Source: Promethearchaeota archaeon
Lineage (GTDB): Archaea > Asgardarchaeota > Lokiarchaeia > Sigyniarchaeales > SOKP01
Direction of reading: 5' to 3'
NCBI GenBank assembly: GCA_016840085.1
Contig: JAEOTA010000018.1
Coordinates: forward strand, 32,001 to 96,000
DNA: 64,000 nt
This document shows, one piece after another, positions 31,970-42,259 of this stretch. The translations under genes were made by a program, and so were the position numbers. How positions within the stretch are numbered: position 1 is the first letter of the stretch; each line of letters begins with the position of its first letter. The notes below the pieces were generated by a model, which was not told where the DNA came from, did no database searches, and saw only the letters and a program-made list of their open reading frames with translations.

Positions 31970-32590
31970 ATGAAGACAATAGATGTTTTTAGGAGTAAAA
32001 TTGTTATTTTTATTATTCAAATAGCAATTTTAAGTTTATTAATATATATATTTAATTATAGATTTGTGTTAAATCTTCAATTATATCCTCCTACCTCTGA
32101 TACTACAGAAGATCAAATCGCTATTATTGAGTTTTTAGCAGCCTATTTAATGTATGAAGACTTAACTGATGCATTTTTTATATATATATGCTGGTCCTTA
32201 ATTTCAATAATTCCTACTATTATTTATGATGATTATATAAAAGCTTTTAAGATGAATTTAATTACATTTCTATTTCTTAATTTCTTTTTTTATATTTTCT
32301 TATACAGGCATGTAAATTACTATTTTAGAGAAAATTTTTCAATTATATTTACAAAAACCTATATTACAGGAATAATAATTACAATTTTATCTATAGAGAT
32401 CTCTTTAATTTTAAAAAAATTCAGAAAACCTAAATCTGAAGAAGAATTAGAAGATTTACAAATTATTACAAATAAGATTAGAACAAAATGTCCAAATTGT
32501 GGAACTGAATTTAATTCTATTCCTCAATTTTGTTATAACTGTAATACAAGAATCATTAAAGACACAGAAAAAAATGTTAGAATCGAATAG
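31970..32590 (+). CDS. Membrane protein with C-terminal zinc ribbon
   Basis: About four TM segments, then CPNCG...FCYNC. Confidence 0.75.
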   Translation: MKTIDVFRSKIVIFIIQIAILSLLIYIFNYRFVLNLQLYPPTSDTTEDQIAIIEFLAAYLMYEDLTDAFFIYICWSLISIIPTIIYDDYIKAFKMNLITFLFLNFFFYIFLYRHVNYYFRENFSIIFTKTYITGIIITILSIEISLILKKFRKPKSEEELEDLQIITNKIRTKCPNCGTEFNSIPQFCYNCNTRIIKDTEKNVRIE

Positions 32591-34040
32591 AAATATACAG
32601 TCTTTAGAATTGTTGTTTAAACCTAGAAATGTAGTAATTTATAGAGTGAGCAAGGCGGTTGATTTTTTTGTAAAAGGATTTAAACGACAAGGATTTAACT
32701 TAGAAAAGTTATATTTGATATCCCCTAAGGAAGATTCATTTTTAGGGCTTAAATGTTATAAAACCTTTGATGAGATTCCAGTAGAAACGATTGACCTTGT
32801 TATATTATCTATTAGAAGAGACTTACTTATTCAAACTCTACAAGAGGTCCTTTCAAAAAAGAAGATACATTTCATTCATATCTTTACTGCGGGTACAGGG
32901 GAATTTGACGATATAGGTATGGAAATTGAAAGGAATTTAAAAAAGATATTAGAGGATTATAGCAATACCAGAAGTATTGGACCTAATTGTATGGGAATTT
33001 ATAGTCCACAAGGGAAAACCGCTTATTATTCCTCTTTTCCTGTAGAACCCGGAAATATTGGTTTAATCTTTCAATCTGGAGATTTACACTCAAAAATGAT
33101 TAAATTTGGTTCTCGTAGATATAATCTTTGCTTTTCTATTGGTGTAAGTATTGGTAATTGTGTGGATATTCAAATTTCTGAAATTTTGAGTTATTTGAAT
33201 GAAGATGATAATACTGATGTAATTTGCGTTTATTTTGAAGGGATATCTCCCTTTCATAAAAATGAAGGGAAAAAATTATTAGAAGTTTTAAGAAAAATAA
33301 AAAAACCCGTTCTATTTATGAGAGGTGGAAAGACTGAACGAGGACAGACTGCTGTTTTATCACATACAGGATCTATGGCAACAAAGAAGAATATCTGGAA
33401 CGCTATATATAAACAAACACCTATTATAGAAGTTCCTTCCTCATTAGACGATTTAATTGATATTGTTTATTTGTTTTCTAATTATTTTAATCGTTACAAG
33501 AAGCTTAAAAAAAAGATTGAATATCCTATTAATAAACGGTCATTAGTTATCCTTTGGTCAGGTGGTTTTGGAATATTAGCTACTGATATGCTAATAGAAT
33601 TAGGCTTAGAAGTACCTCATTTCAAAGGTGAAACTCTGAAAAAACTTAATGAGATCTATCCAATACGAGTAGGTAGTTTATCTAATCCTTTAGATCTACC
33701 TTTTGTAACATACCAAAAAGAACTTGTAGAAGTTACTAAAGCCGCTATCGATGAAAACATTAGTTTGGTATTACTAGAAACAGATGCTTGGAAGAATATA
33801 GAAGGTGAGCGTTTTAAAGGATATTATAAGAACCTATTAGAAATAAAAGATTATGTAGAAAACCAAAATAAAATTTTTGTTATCATCTTACATCAATATC
33901 CTAGCGAATCTCGAAAAATATTCAGTGATATGCTTCTTAAAGACAATTTTCTTGTTTACCCCTCCCTTGAAGCTGCGGCTAAATCATTTCTGAAATTATA
34001 TGAATATGGGGAAGAAGTAAGGAATTCGAAGAAATCTTAA
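32574..34040 (+). CDS. Acyl-CoA synthetase (ADP-forming) alpha-subunit-like, CoA-binding protein
   Basis: LFKPRNV, GPNCMG, QSG, GNCVD, SHTG phospho-His motif, NPLD; ATG at 32574 preferred. Confidence 0.85.
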   Translation: MLESNRNIQSLELLFKPRNVVIYRVSKAVDFFVKGFKRQGFNLEKLYLISPKEDSFLGLKCYKTFDEIPVETIDLVILSIRRDLLIQTLQEVLSKKKIHFIHIFTAGTGEFDDIGMEIERNLKKILEDYSNTRSIGPNCMGIYSPQGKTAYYSSFPVEPGNIGLIFQSGDLHSKMIKFGSRRYNLCFSIGVSIGNCVDIQISEILSYLNEDDNTDVICVYFEGISPFHKNEGKKLLEVLRKIKKPVLFMRGGKTERGQTAVLSHTGSMATKKNIWNAIYKQTPIIEVPSSLDDLIDIVYLFSNYFNRYKKLKKKIEYPINKRSLVILWSGGFGILATDMLIELGLEVPHFKGETLKKLNEIYPIRVGSLSNPLDLPFVTYQKELVEVTKAAIDENISLVLLETDAWKNIEGERFKGYYKNLLEIKDYVENQNKIFVIILHQYPSESRKIFSDMLLKDNFLVYPSLEAAAKSFLKLYEYGEEVRNSKKS

Positions 34041-34211
34041 GTAGAATTAAGGATTGAAATTTATAATTGTAGAATTTTTCTCTATGTTTTTAGAATATTT
34101 AATTTCAATTTAATTAGAGTTATATAGAATATAATCTAAAAATCTAAAATAAATGATTAATTTGAAAATAATTAAAATATCTTTCTAATAGACATAATAG
34201 TTGTATTGCTC

Positions 34212-35690
34212 ATGACTGAAGCTAGAGAGGGAAAATCTTTAGAATTTTTGTTCAAACCTAGAAATGTAGTTATATTTGAAGCAAAAGAGAAGTTAGGATA
34301 CTTTATAGGAGGTTTTAGATCACAAGGATACAATATGGATAACCTATATTTAATTTCCCCTTCCAAAGATGAATTATTTGGGATAAAGTGTTATAAATCT
34401 CTTGATGATATTCCTACTGACACAATTGATCTATTGATTTTAGCTATAAGAAGAGAGTTCCTAATTGAATCTTTGCAAGATATCACATCTAAGAAGAAGG
34501 TCAATTTTATTCATATTTTTACAGCTGGAACTGGGGAATTTGATGAAGTTGGATTAAATATTGAAACTCAATTGAAGGAATTTTTCGATAATCATGTTGA
34601 AATACGTGCTGTAGGTCCAAATTGCATGGGTATTTATTGTCCAACAGGGCATAGCGCATATCTACCTATGTTCCCTACAGATGATGGAAATATAGGCTTA
34701 ATATATCATTCTGGGGATTTACATTCTAGAGTTATTAGGTATGGGTATAGTAGATACCGTCTCACATTTTCGAAAGGAGCCAGCATAGGCAATTGTGTTA
34801 GTTTGCAAGTTGCAGATTTTTTAGATTATTATAATAAAGATGAAGATATTGATATTATAAGCATATATTTTGAAGGTTTCCCTAGATATCAAGAATATGA
34901 AGGGAGAAAATTATTTAATCTCGCGAAATCTATGCGAAAACCTATTTTATTCTTAAGAGGAGGAATAACAAAACGGGCACAAGCAGCTGTCTTATCACAT
35001 ACATGTTCTCTGGGAACAAGCGATAGAATTTGGAAGGCTGTATATGAACAAACTCCATTAATCGAAGTTGGAAGTTCTTTAGACGAAATGATCGATGATA
35101 TGTTTATTTTTCATAGTTTTTTTAAAAAGTATAGAGATTTGCCATTAAAAGAGCAAATTAAAAGATATCCGCAAGGGAAAGACGCTTTAGTTATTTTATG
35201 GTCAGGAGGATTGGGAATACTTGATACAGATACTTTAACTAAAATTGGGATTAATTTGCCTTTATTTGATGAAAACGCCATAGAAAGATTAAGAAAAGTT
35301 TATCCTATTAGTGTTGGTTCTCTAAATAATCCGCTAGATCTGCCTTGGGTTTCTCGATCTCAACAATATTTAGATTTATGTAAAGCTGTAATAACAGAAA
35401 ATGTAGATCTTGTAATATTGCATACTAATGCTTGGGGCGGAAGAAATAAAGAGAGATTTGAAAAACATTTTAATAATCTAAAGCAAATAAGAGATCATAC
35501 CGAATCTTTAGGCAAGATGCTAATCTTAATCTTAGCTGAAACACCACATCAGTATCGAAATGATTATTATGAGCTTCTTATCAATCATGATTTTATTGTC
35601 TATCCTACCCTTGAAAGAGGAGCGAAATCTTTTTTAAAATTATATGAATTTGGTAAGAGATTAGAAAGATTAAATAAAAAGGATAACTAA
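34212..35690 (+). CDS. Acyl-CoA synthetase (ADP-forming) alpha-subunit-like, paralog 2
   Basis: Same motifs (GPNCMG, SHTC, NPLD); clear tandem paralog of 32574..34040. Confidence 0.85.
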   Translation: MTEAREGKSLEFLFKPRNVVIFEAKEKLGYFIGGFRSQGYNMDNLYLISPSKDELFGIKCYKSLDDIPTDTIDLLILAIRREFLIESLQDITSKKKVNFIHIFTAGTGEFDEVGLNIETQLKEFFDNHVEIRAVGPNCMGIYCPTGHSAYLPMFPTDDGNIGLIYHSGDLHSRVIRYGYSRYRLTFSKGASIGNCVSLQVADFLDYYNKDEDIDIISIYFEGFPRYQEYEGRKLFNLAKSMRKPILFLRGGITKRAQAAVLSHTCSLGTSDRIWKAVYEQTPLIEVGSSLDEMIDDMFIFHSFFKKYRDLPLKEQIKRYPQGKDALVILWSGGLGILDTDTLTKIGINLPLFDENAIERLRKVYPISVGSLNNPLDLPWVSRSQQYLDLCKAVITENVDLVILHTNAWGGRNKERFEKHFNNLKQIRDHTESLGKMLILILAETPHQYRNDYYELLINHDFIVYPTLERGAKSFLKLYEFGKRLERLNKKDN

Positions 35691-35694
35691 TTCA

Positions 35695-36672
35695 ATGCTA
35701 GGAGAACTTATCGCGATTTTAGCTGTGCTGACATTTGTCGGATCTAATGTTATATTTCGCAAAACTGAGAAGGAAGTTAGTCCAACTTTTATAAACTTCT
35801 TTCGAACAGGTATAGGCACTTTAACATTTTTTCTTATAATTATCTTTTTGAACCAATTAAATCTTATTTTCATAATTCCATGGGAATTATGGTTTCTATT
35901 AATCTTGAGTTTCATCTTTGGTCAAGTGATCGGAGATACAGCTTATTTCACTGCTCAGAAAGAGCTTGGAACAACCATAACTCTTGCTATTTCAATGACA
36001 TTTCCCCTTTTTACCTTCATATTATCTTTAATTTTTCTTAAAAGTCCGTTTAAATTCAATTTGATTTTATCACTAATTTTGATTGGATTTGGAATAACTA
36101 TTATTGGAAGTTCCAAAATAAATTCTGAAAATTCAAAACAGGAAAAGAATCTTACCTTAAATAGCTCTATTAAAAATAGATTTCGAGACATTTTTAGGAA
36201 GGATGTAATCAAAGCAATAGGTTTTTGTTTTATAGCGTCTCTCGGGTGGGCAGTTGGGGCTGTTATAATTGAATTTGCAACTGCTCAAATAGATCAGATT
36301 ATTCATATTGAAGAACTAAGTTCTATTGTAGGAAATGTAATCAGATTCCCATTTGCACTATTAATCTTAGGCTCAATGGTGTTGAGAGAAAATTATTTAA
36401 ACAAAAATAATGAAATTTTATCTAATAAAAAGAAGTCTCTTCGCACCTGGATTTTATTGATAGTTGCCTCAATTATTGGGACTTCTTTGGGAGCATATCT
36501 ATATACTGAATCCGTACATATAGCAGGAGCAAATATTGTATCATTGATTGCTAGCGCGAGCCCTTTATTCGCACTCCCGTTGACATACTTAGTAAATAAG
36601 GAAAAAATTTCTAAATTTGGTTTTATTGGCGTAATTTTAACTATTGCAGGCGTATTAGTTATCTTGATATAA
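35695..36672 (+). CDS. DMT/EamA family transporter
   Basis: Two EamA repeats, about 10 TM helices, SPLFAL...KEKIS. Confidence 0.88.
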   Translation: MLGELIAILAVLTFVGSNVIFRKTEKEVSPTFINFFRTGIGTLTFFLIIIFLNQLNLIFIIPWELWFLLILSFIFGQVIGDTAYFTAQKELGTTITLAISMTFPLFTFILSLIFLKSPFKFNLILSLILIGFGITIIGSSKINSENSKQEKNLTLNSSIKNRFRDIFRKDVIKAIGFCFIASLGWAVGAVIIEFATAQIDQIIHIEELSSIVGNVIRFPFALLILGSMVLRENYLNKNNEILSNKKKSLRTWILLIVASIIGTSLGAYLYTESVHIAGANIVSLIASASPLFALPLTYLVNKEKISKFGFIGVILTIAGVLVILI

Positions 36673-36677
36673 ACCTA

Positions 36678-37757
36678 TTATATATAATATTGCTCAAAGA
36701 GTTTTATTTCATGCTCTATATCTTTAAGCGTCTCCAATTCTTCTTTAGTAGGAGATTCTTCTTCATAAATATCATATATCTTTAAATTTAAATTCTTTCT
36801 GACTAATTTTTCTAATTTATTAATCTTTTGTTTAGTAGCAAAAAATTTAATCATTTTAAATTTCAACTTTGTCATCTTTTTTTCCCATTCTTTTGTGAAC
36901 TCTCCATTTTGAATATTTTTTAAAATAGATTCCATCACTGGTTTTACAGGCAGCTTCCTAAATTTGATTCCTCTGCTCATTGCCCCATATTGACTTGTTT
37001 GCGAATGGAAATCGACTTGTTTTATTAATCCAACATCAGCCATTTTTTTATACGTATAGGACATTTCATTGCTCATATACATCTCAACTAATACTGCCTC
37101 AGGAGGATATCCAGCATCTATGAGCGTATAAATAGCTGATAATAGTACTCGACCAAATGCAGGCCCAAATCCTTGTTCATTAAATAAATCTAATTCTGCT
37201 TCTTGTTTAAAAGTCAATTCTATTGCTCCTTTCTTCAAAGTTCCGATTGCTTTAGCTAAAGCTAGTAAAATTTCTAATGCGTTTCCAGAAAAGTCTTTCT
37301 CAATAGCTATAAAACTAAAAAAACCATTTTTATTGAGATAATTTTCTCTAACACCTACACCAATCATTCTCGGAGCTAATAACAATATATCCACATCTTT
37401 AGGATGTTTAATTAGTTTAAATCCTATGTTATATCCACTAGCAAAAACTAAAGCACTCTGAGATTTCAAGTTTGGTCTAATCTGAGTTTCAAATACAACA
37501 TTCATAATTTCATCGGGAATAAGAAGAAAAGTTATATCACTCTTGTTGACAGCTTCCTCAATTGAGAATGTAGAAAATCCATCGTTTATTGCCATTTGTT
37601 TAAACCTATCCGATCTATTACCAATAATTACATTTAAACCAGAATCTCTTAAATTAAGTGCTTGGGCTCTTCCTTGATTGCCATAACCTATCATGGCAAT
37701 CGTTTTATCTTTTAAAAATGAAAGATTTCCATCATTCTCATGATATATATTTACCAT
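36678..37757 (-). CDS. ilvC: Ketol-acid reductoisomerase
   Basis: IGYGNQGRAQALNLRDSG, LLIPDE, DLFNEQ, HSQTSQYG. Confidence 0.93.
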   Translation of the reverse strand: MVNIYHENDGNLSFLKDKTIAMIGYGNQGRAQALNLRDSGLNVIIGNRSDRFKQMAINDGFSTFSIEEAVNKSDITFLLIPDEIMNVVFETQIRPNLKSQSALVFASGYNIGFKLIKHPKDVDILLLAPRMIGVGVRENYLNKNGFFSFIAIEKDFSGNALEILLALAKAIGTLKKGAIELTFKQEAELDLFNEQGFGPAFGRVLLSAIYTLIDAGYPPEAVLVEMYMSNEMSYTYKKMADVGLIKQVDFHSQTSQYGAMSRGIKFRKLPVKPVMESILKNIQNGEFTKEWEKKMTKLKFKMIKFFATKQKINKLEKLVRKNLNLKIYDIYEEESPTKEELETLKDIEHEIKLFEQYYI

Positions 37758-37832
37758 TCTAATAAACCTCTAATATAAAGAGTATCTTGAAAAATATCTC
37801 CGAAAAAATAATAACTCGATTACATAACTTTA

Positions 37833-38438
37833 TTAAATTTTGTCGTAATCCAAATTATTTTTCTCTAAAATCTTAGTAACTAATTCTTTAAAAATAAGAT
37901 CGATATTATAATTCTCTTTTGAAGATGTCTTATAAAAATCTGCTTCTTTATGTCGTTTCATAAATCGATTTACAACTAAGTCATCTACTCTTGTTTTCTC
38001 ATCAGCAATTTTAACAAGATCATATTTAGTACCAACACACATCCTTGATGTCTCACCATGATTATATTCGCCTAATCTCTCATACCACCAATCCAATCTT
38101 AAGAGAGTTTGAAGATCTACTAAATCAAAAACCATAAATATTCCATTTGCACCATTAATATAATATGGAAACAGCTTTTTAAATTGTTCACGTCCACCAA
38201 AATCCCAAATACTAATTCTCACATATGTTTCTTCGCCATTTACTATTATTGGAAGATCATATGTGTAAAACTCGATTCCTAATGTTTCTTTTGTATTAAC
38301 ATCAAATGTATCGAAACATAATCGTTTTGCAATACATGTTTTCCCTACTCTTTCTTGCCCCAAAATGACGATCTTAAAAATATAGATTGGTTTCTTCCTA
38401 TTTTCAACGCTAGAGAGTGGGTTTTCTTCTGCGGTCAT
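37833..38438 (-). CDS. Rab-like small GTPase
   Basis: FKIVILGQERVGKT, TLG, WDFGGR, TKYD, SSK. Confidence 0.92.
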   Translation of the reverse strand: MTAEENPLSSVENRKKPIYIFKIVILGQERVGKTCIAKRLCFDTFDVNTKETLGIEFYTYDLPIIVNGEETYVRISIWDFGGREQFKKLFPYYINGANGIFMVFDLVDLQTLLRLDWWYERLGEYNHGETSRMCVGTKYDLVKIADEKTRVDDLVVNRFMKRHKEADFYKTSSKENYNIDLIFKELVTKILEKNNLDYDKI

Positions 38439-38632
38439 AAAAAAATTTAATAGTGTGTTAATTAATAAATTTTAAACTTTATAATAAAAAAACAATAAGG
38501 GATTTATAAATTTTTAACATTCTAATTTAAATTATTATTTTTTTCACTTAGTTTTTAAATCTTTTAATAATATTTTTAGACTATATCTAGAAATTATTTT
38601 TTATTAAAATTTTCTGTAATTAATGATTCTAT

Positions 38633-39409
38633 GTGATGGATGTGAAAAACGAAGATTTGCTCAATTTTTTCATATCTGAAGCTGACCACCCGTTCTCAGG
38701 GTGGGATTTTTCCTATATTAGCGACAGAGTTGTAAATACACCTTTAACTTGGAGTTATACAAGTAATATATTACCACAAATAAGGAAGGTAGATTCTCTT
38801 TTAGATATAGGGACAGGTGGTGGAGAATATTTATCTTCATTTGTACCTCTACCAAATCATACATGCGCAACTGAAGGATATAAACCCAATGTACCTATAG
38901 CAAGAAATCAATTAGAACCATTAGGGGTGAAAGTGGTATACTGTAAAGATGATGAGAATCTTCCCTTTAATGATGGAGAATTTGATTTAGTCATTAATCG
39001 GCATGAATCCTATTCCCCCAAGGAAGTTTATAGAATCCTTAAGTCTGAAGGAGTGTTTATTACCCAACAAGTTGGAGATAAAAATGATTCAAAACTCCGA
39101 CTTGTGTTAACCGGTAAAGAAGAATTAGAAGTCTTTATAGAATGGAATTTGGATTTCGCATCAAAAGAATTAGAACAAATTGGTTTCCAAATAATAGAAG
39201 GTTATGAAGATATAACATCGACGCGAATCTTTGATGTCGGAGCCATAGTGTTTTATTTTAAAGCTATACCCTGGGAATTACCTGACTTCTCCGTAAAGAA
39301 ATATTATAATAAATTGATTGAAATTCATAACCATATTGCTGATAAGGGATACTTAGATTTAGACGATAATAATCACAGATTTTTAATAAAAGCAAAAAAA
39401 CCTAAATAA
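38633..39409 (+). CDS. Class I SAM-dependent methyltransferase
   Basis: FSGWDFSY, LDIGTGGGE, FDLVINRHE, FITQQVG. Confidence 0.9.
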   Translation: MMDVKNEDLLNFFISEADHPFSGWDFSYISDRVVNTPLTWSYTSNILPQIRKVDSLLDIGTGGGEYLSSFVPLPNHTCATEGYKPNVPIARNQLEPLGVKVVYCKDDENLPFNDGEFDLVINRHESYSPKEVYRILKSEGVFITQQVGDKNDSKLRLVLTGKEELEVFIEWNLDFASKELEQIGFQIIEGYEDITSTRIFDVGAIVFYFKAIPWELPDFSVKKYYNKLIEIHNHIADKGYLDLDDNNHRFLIKAKKPK

Positions 39410-39423
39410 GAGTGTCGATCTAA

Positions 39424-40485
39424 TTATGATTTTTCTAAAGATTTTAAATTAATTTTTCCCTTGTGGAGAATTTCTGCATAAGAAGGTTGTATGTGTTGCC
39501 AAGCTCCATCATTTATTATTTCTATTTGTTGAGTGTTAATAGTTATATTGGATATTCCCTTGTGATGAGAATGCCCATATATAACATGATTTACTTTTGA
39601 AAAATCATATTCTTCATCCACTAAGAACTCTTTTATTTCATCAAGATAATAATCAGGTTTACTCGCACGTTCCCATTTTTTCATTATTCGCATGTTCGCT
39701 TTAATTAAATTAAATTCTAAAATGCTAAGCTCCGAAAAAAGTGCATCAATTGATTCTGAAGATACCTTTTTTAATCTTGCTAATTCTTCTTTCATTTCTT
39801 CGAATCTAATAGGTTTTATTTTTCTCCCATTCTTAATTACTTCGTTCCAGAAATAATCATAAGTCTCTTTTACTTCAAACTTATTATTAGAAATTAATGA
39901 TTTCCATATTTGTCCTACAAAAAATCGGTATATATTACTATCAAACTGATAGCCATGTGTCATTAAACACTTGTAATCACTGTCTAAATCAAGTCCCTCA
40001 ACTTTTACTTTCTTAAGTGGTTTATTTTCAATTTGATCTCGCGAATTGTACATTAAGAGCATGTCTTCATTATTCCACTTTGTTAGTATTATGTATTGAT
40101 AGAATAACTCACCGTTAAACAATTCAAAGAAATTACTGTGCTTAAATTTATTTAAAAACTTTTTTTTTCTGCGTTCAAATTTCTCATCGTAGTCTCCGGT
40201 AACAGGAATTTCATGATTTCCAAGAACAAAAATTAGGTTCATATTATTTTTAATCTGAAGTATTAGTGTAAAAATTTCTTGAATTTTTTCCCTTTTTAAA
40301 ATTGCTATAGGCGTATCAGTACATAAATCAATAAAATCTCCTAATATTATAAGAACTTGCAAATCATTCCCGAACTCTCCATTAATAATATCACTTAAAA
40401 ATTGAATAAATAAATCTCTTTCACTATCTAAGGAACCTAAATGTATGTCTGACACAACTAATATTTTAGGATTCATTTCACTCAT
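39424..40485 (-). CDS. Calcineurin-like metallophosphoesterase
   Basis: SDIHLG, GDFID, GNHE, THG, GHSH, NDGAW. Confidence 0.9.
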   Translation of the reverse strand: MSEMNPKILVVSDIHLGSLDSERDLFIQFLSDIINGEFGNDLQVLIILGDFIDLCTDTPIAILKREKIQEIFTLILQIKNNMNLIFVLGNHEIPVTGDYDEKFERRKKKFLNKFKHSNFFELFNGELFYQYIILTKWNNEDMLLMYNSRDQIENKPLKKVKVEGLDLDSDYKCLMTHGYQFDSNIYRFFVGQIWKSLISNNKFEVKETYDYFWNEVIKNGRKIKPIRFEEMKEELARLKKVSSESIDALFSELSILEFNLIKANMRIMKKWERASKPDYYLDEIKEFLVDEEYDFSKVNHVIYGHSHHKGISNITINTQQIEIINDGAWQHIQPSYAEILHKGKINLKSLEKS

Positions 40486-41050
40486 TTTTTAATGCTCCAC
40501 TTTTAGTTAAATTATTTTAATATTATTAAAATAAAATTTAATCGAATTATTAAGAAGTTTGCCTAATTTTTAAATTAGTGTAAAAAAAAAAAATAAAAGA
40601 AATTAAGAAAAATTCTAATCATTGCTTCAAAAATGTTTTGTTGTAGATTTTTGAAATTATAAATACTTTAATCTTTTATCTCCCATAATATTTACCATAA
40701 AAGCGTCAATAGATTTCACCTTATCCTAGAGTTTTACTTTTTCAACTTACTAAAACATGCTCATCTGAAATCAAAAATTGATCATTTCCAATTAACTGAA
40801 CTCACTAGTAAAAAATTTGTTAATTATTTTCATCAATTTTTTTTGTCGACCATATTTGATTGATCACATTTATCGAATTAATCATAATCAACCAACACAT
40901 TTAAATATAAGAAATAACAATTTAGTTATAAATACATCAGTTTTTATTAAATTTATTACAAAATTAAAAATTAAAATCCTTACTCCTTTCATAAAAAAGG
41001 TTAAGGAAATTAACCAAAATTAAGAATTCGTGGAGGATTGAAAAAATATC

Positions 41051-41257
41051 ATGGCAGCATTCGCTTGGTCTCCTTTGCGCGCTTTAATGAAGAAAGCAGG
41101 GGCTGAAATCGTAAGTCGCGCAGCGGTTGACAAATTAATGGATTTCTTAGAAGAGTACGCAAAAAATCTTACAGGATGCGCACTCGATATTGCTAAGCAT
41201 TCCGGAAGAAAGAAAGTAACTGCAGCAGATATGAAAATCGCTATTGGATTAGTTTAA
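41051..41257 (+). CDS. Archaeal histone (HMf-type histone fold, tailless)
   Basis: SPLRALMKKAGAEIVSRAA...AKHSGRKKVTAADM; GGAGG SD upstream. Confidence 0.95.
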   Translation: MAAFAWSPLRALMKKAGAEIVSRAAVDKLMDFLEEYAKNLTGCALDIAKHSGRKKVTAADMKIAIGLV

Positions 41258-41275
41258 AGCGATTATCTGCTATTC

Positions 41276-41297
41276 TTTCGGGTTGCTTAACTCGAAA
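41276..41297. terminator. 9-bp hairpin between the convergent histone and 41300..41656 genes
   Basis: TTTCGGGTT-GCTT-AACTCGAAA inverted repeat with one G-U pair on the + strand. Confidence 0.4.
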
Positions 41298-41299
41298 AA

Positions 41300-41656
41300 T
41301 TAAATAATTTCTTTTTTTTTTTTATTTTCTTTTATACTATCTAAACAGTCGACACATATCCAACACTTGCCACTAGGAACATAATCCATATCCTTTATAC
41401 TAGAACTACAAACAGCACATAAACATATTGAATGTGTTAAAGCTCTATATAACATGTATCTCTCTTCCCTGACAGCTTTGAACCTTTTCATTTGAGAATT
41501 AGTCAAATTTATCTTAGAAAGATAAATATTACATAAAGAAGTAAGACGATTATACTCGTTCTCTGTAAATATTAAAAACAACTTTCTAAGATTATCTCTT
41601 ACTTTTCTTAACTTAGGATCTCTTATAACAACTAATTTACTAAAAATTGTTTCCAT
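41300..41656 (-). CDS. Hypothetical protein with C-terminal Cys cluster (probable Zn finger)
   Basis: SICLCAVC...DM...WICVDC. Confidence 0.75.
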   Translation of the reverse strand: METIFSKLVVIRDPKLRKVRDNLRKLFLIFTENEYNRLTSLCNIYLSKINLTNSQMKRFKAVREERYMLYRALTHSICLCAVCSSSIKDMDYVPSGKCWICVDCLDSIKENKKKKEII

Positions 41657-41808
41657 TCTCTTTTATTCCCTAATTCTTCTTCATTTACAATCTGAATAGG
41701 ATGGCCAGAATGTAATGAATCAAACATTTCCAATTTTTCTTTATTGATATAATTATCCTCAAGAATCGGTACATATTCATGACATTTAAAACATACTTTT
41801 AGCCTTAT
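41632..41808 (-). CDS. Small CxxC/HxxH putative Zn-binding protein with proposed ATA start (not in ORF track)
   Basis: 58 aa (I/M)RLKVCFKCHEYVPIL...LHSGHPIQIV...; GGAAGTGA SD 5 nt upstream; in-frame TAA immediately before the ATA; overlaps the next gene. Confidence 0.7.
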   Translation of the reverse strand: MRLKVCFKCHEYVPILEDNYINKEKLEMFDSLHSGHPIQIVNEEELGNKREWKQFLVN

Positions 41809-41963
41809 TTAAGTCACTTCCTTTCTTTATATTAATATTTGTACTCATGCTTATATATCGACACAGTTATAAAATAAATTTCCAAAAAGTAGTATGGAGA
41901 ATATATTAACACCATATCCTGATTTACTTAAATTTAATTTTTATTATTTACCTAAATTCTGAC

Positions 41964-42105
41964 ATAAAGAGAAGGGAAGAGAAAAGAAATCTGAGCAATC
42001 ATAAAAAAATCAGGGAGAGATTAAACTCAATAGAGTTTAATAGAGGGCGAAATCCAATGTATAGCTCACATTATCTTTGAATAAATTTCTCTTCCCTATT
42101 TTTAT
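41964..42105 (+). ncRNA. Candidate structured non-coding RNA, family unknown
   Basis: 12-bp perfect closing stem 41973-41984/42086-42097, internal 9-bp hairpin 42020-42041, 5-bp hairpin 42056-42072; G-U pairs favour the + strand. Confidence 0.5.
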
Positions 42106-42259
42106 AGATACATTCAAATATACAAACATTTACATTTTTCTGAACGTGACTCAATAAGTTGCTATTTTATTCTTCTTAAAATATTTACTAAAATTTTTGA
42201 AAAATCAATAATTATTCAGAAACAATGAGAGAAAATTAAATTGACTTACATTTAAGTAA

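Noticed and set aside
40817-41023. 68-aa ORF upstream of the histone gene
   Set aside because: TTG start, no SD, AT-rich promoter-like sequence, no motif.
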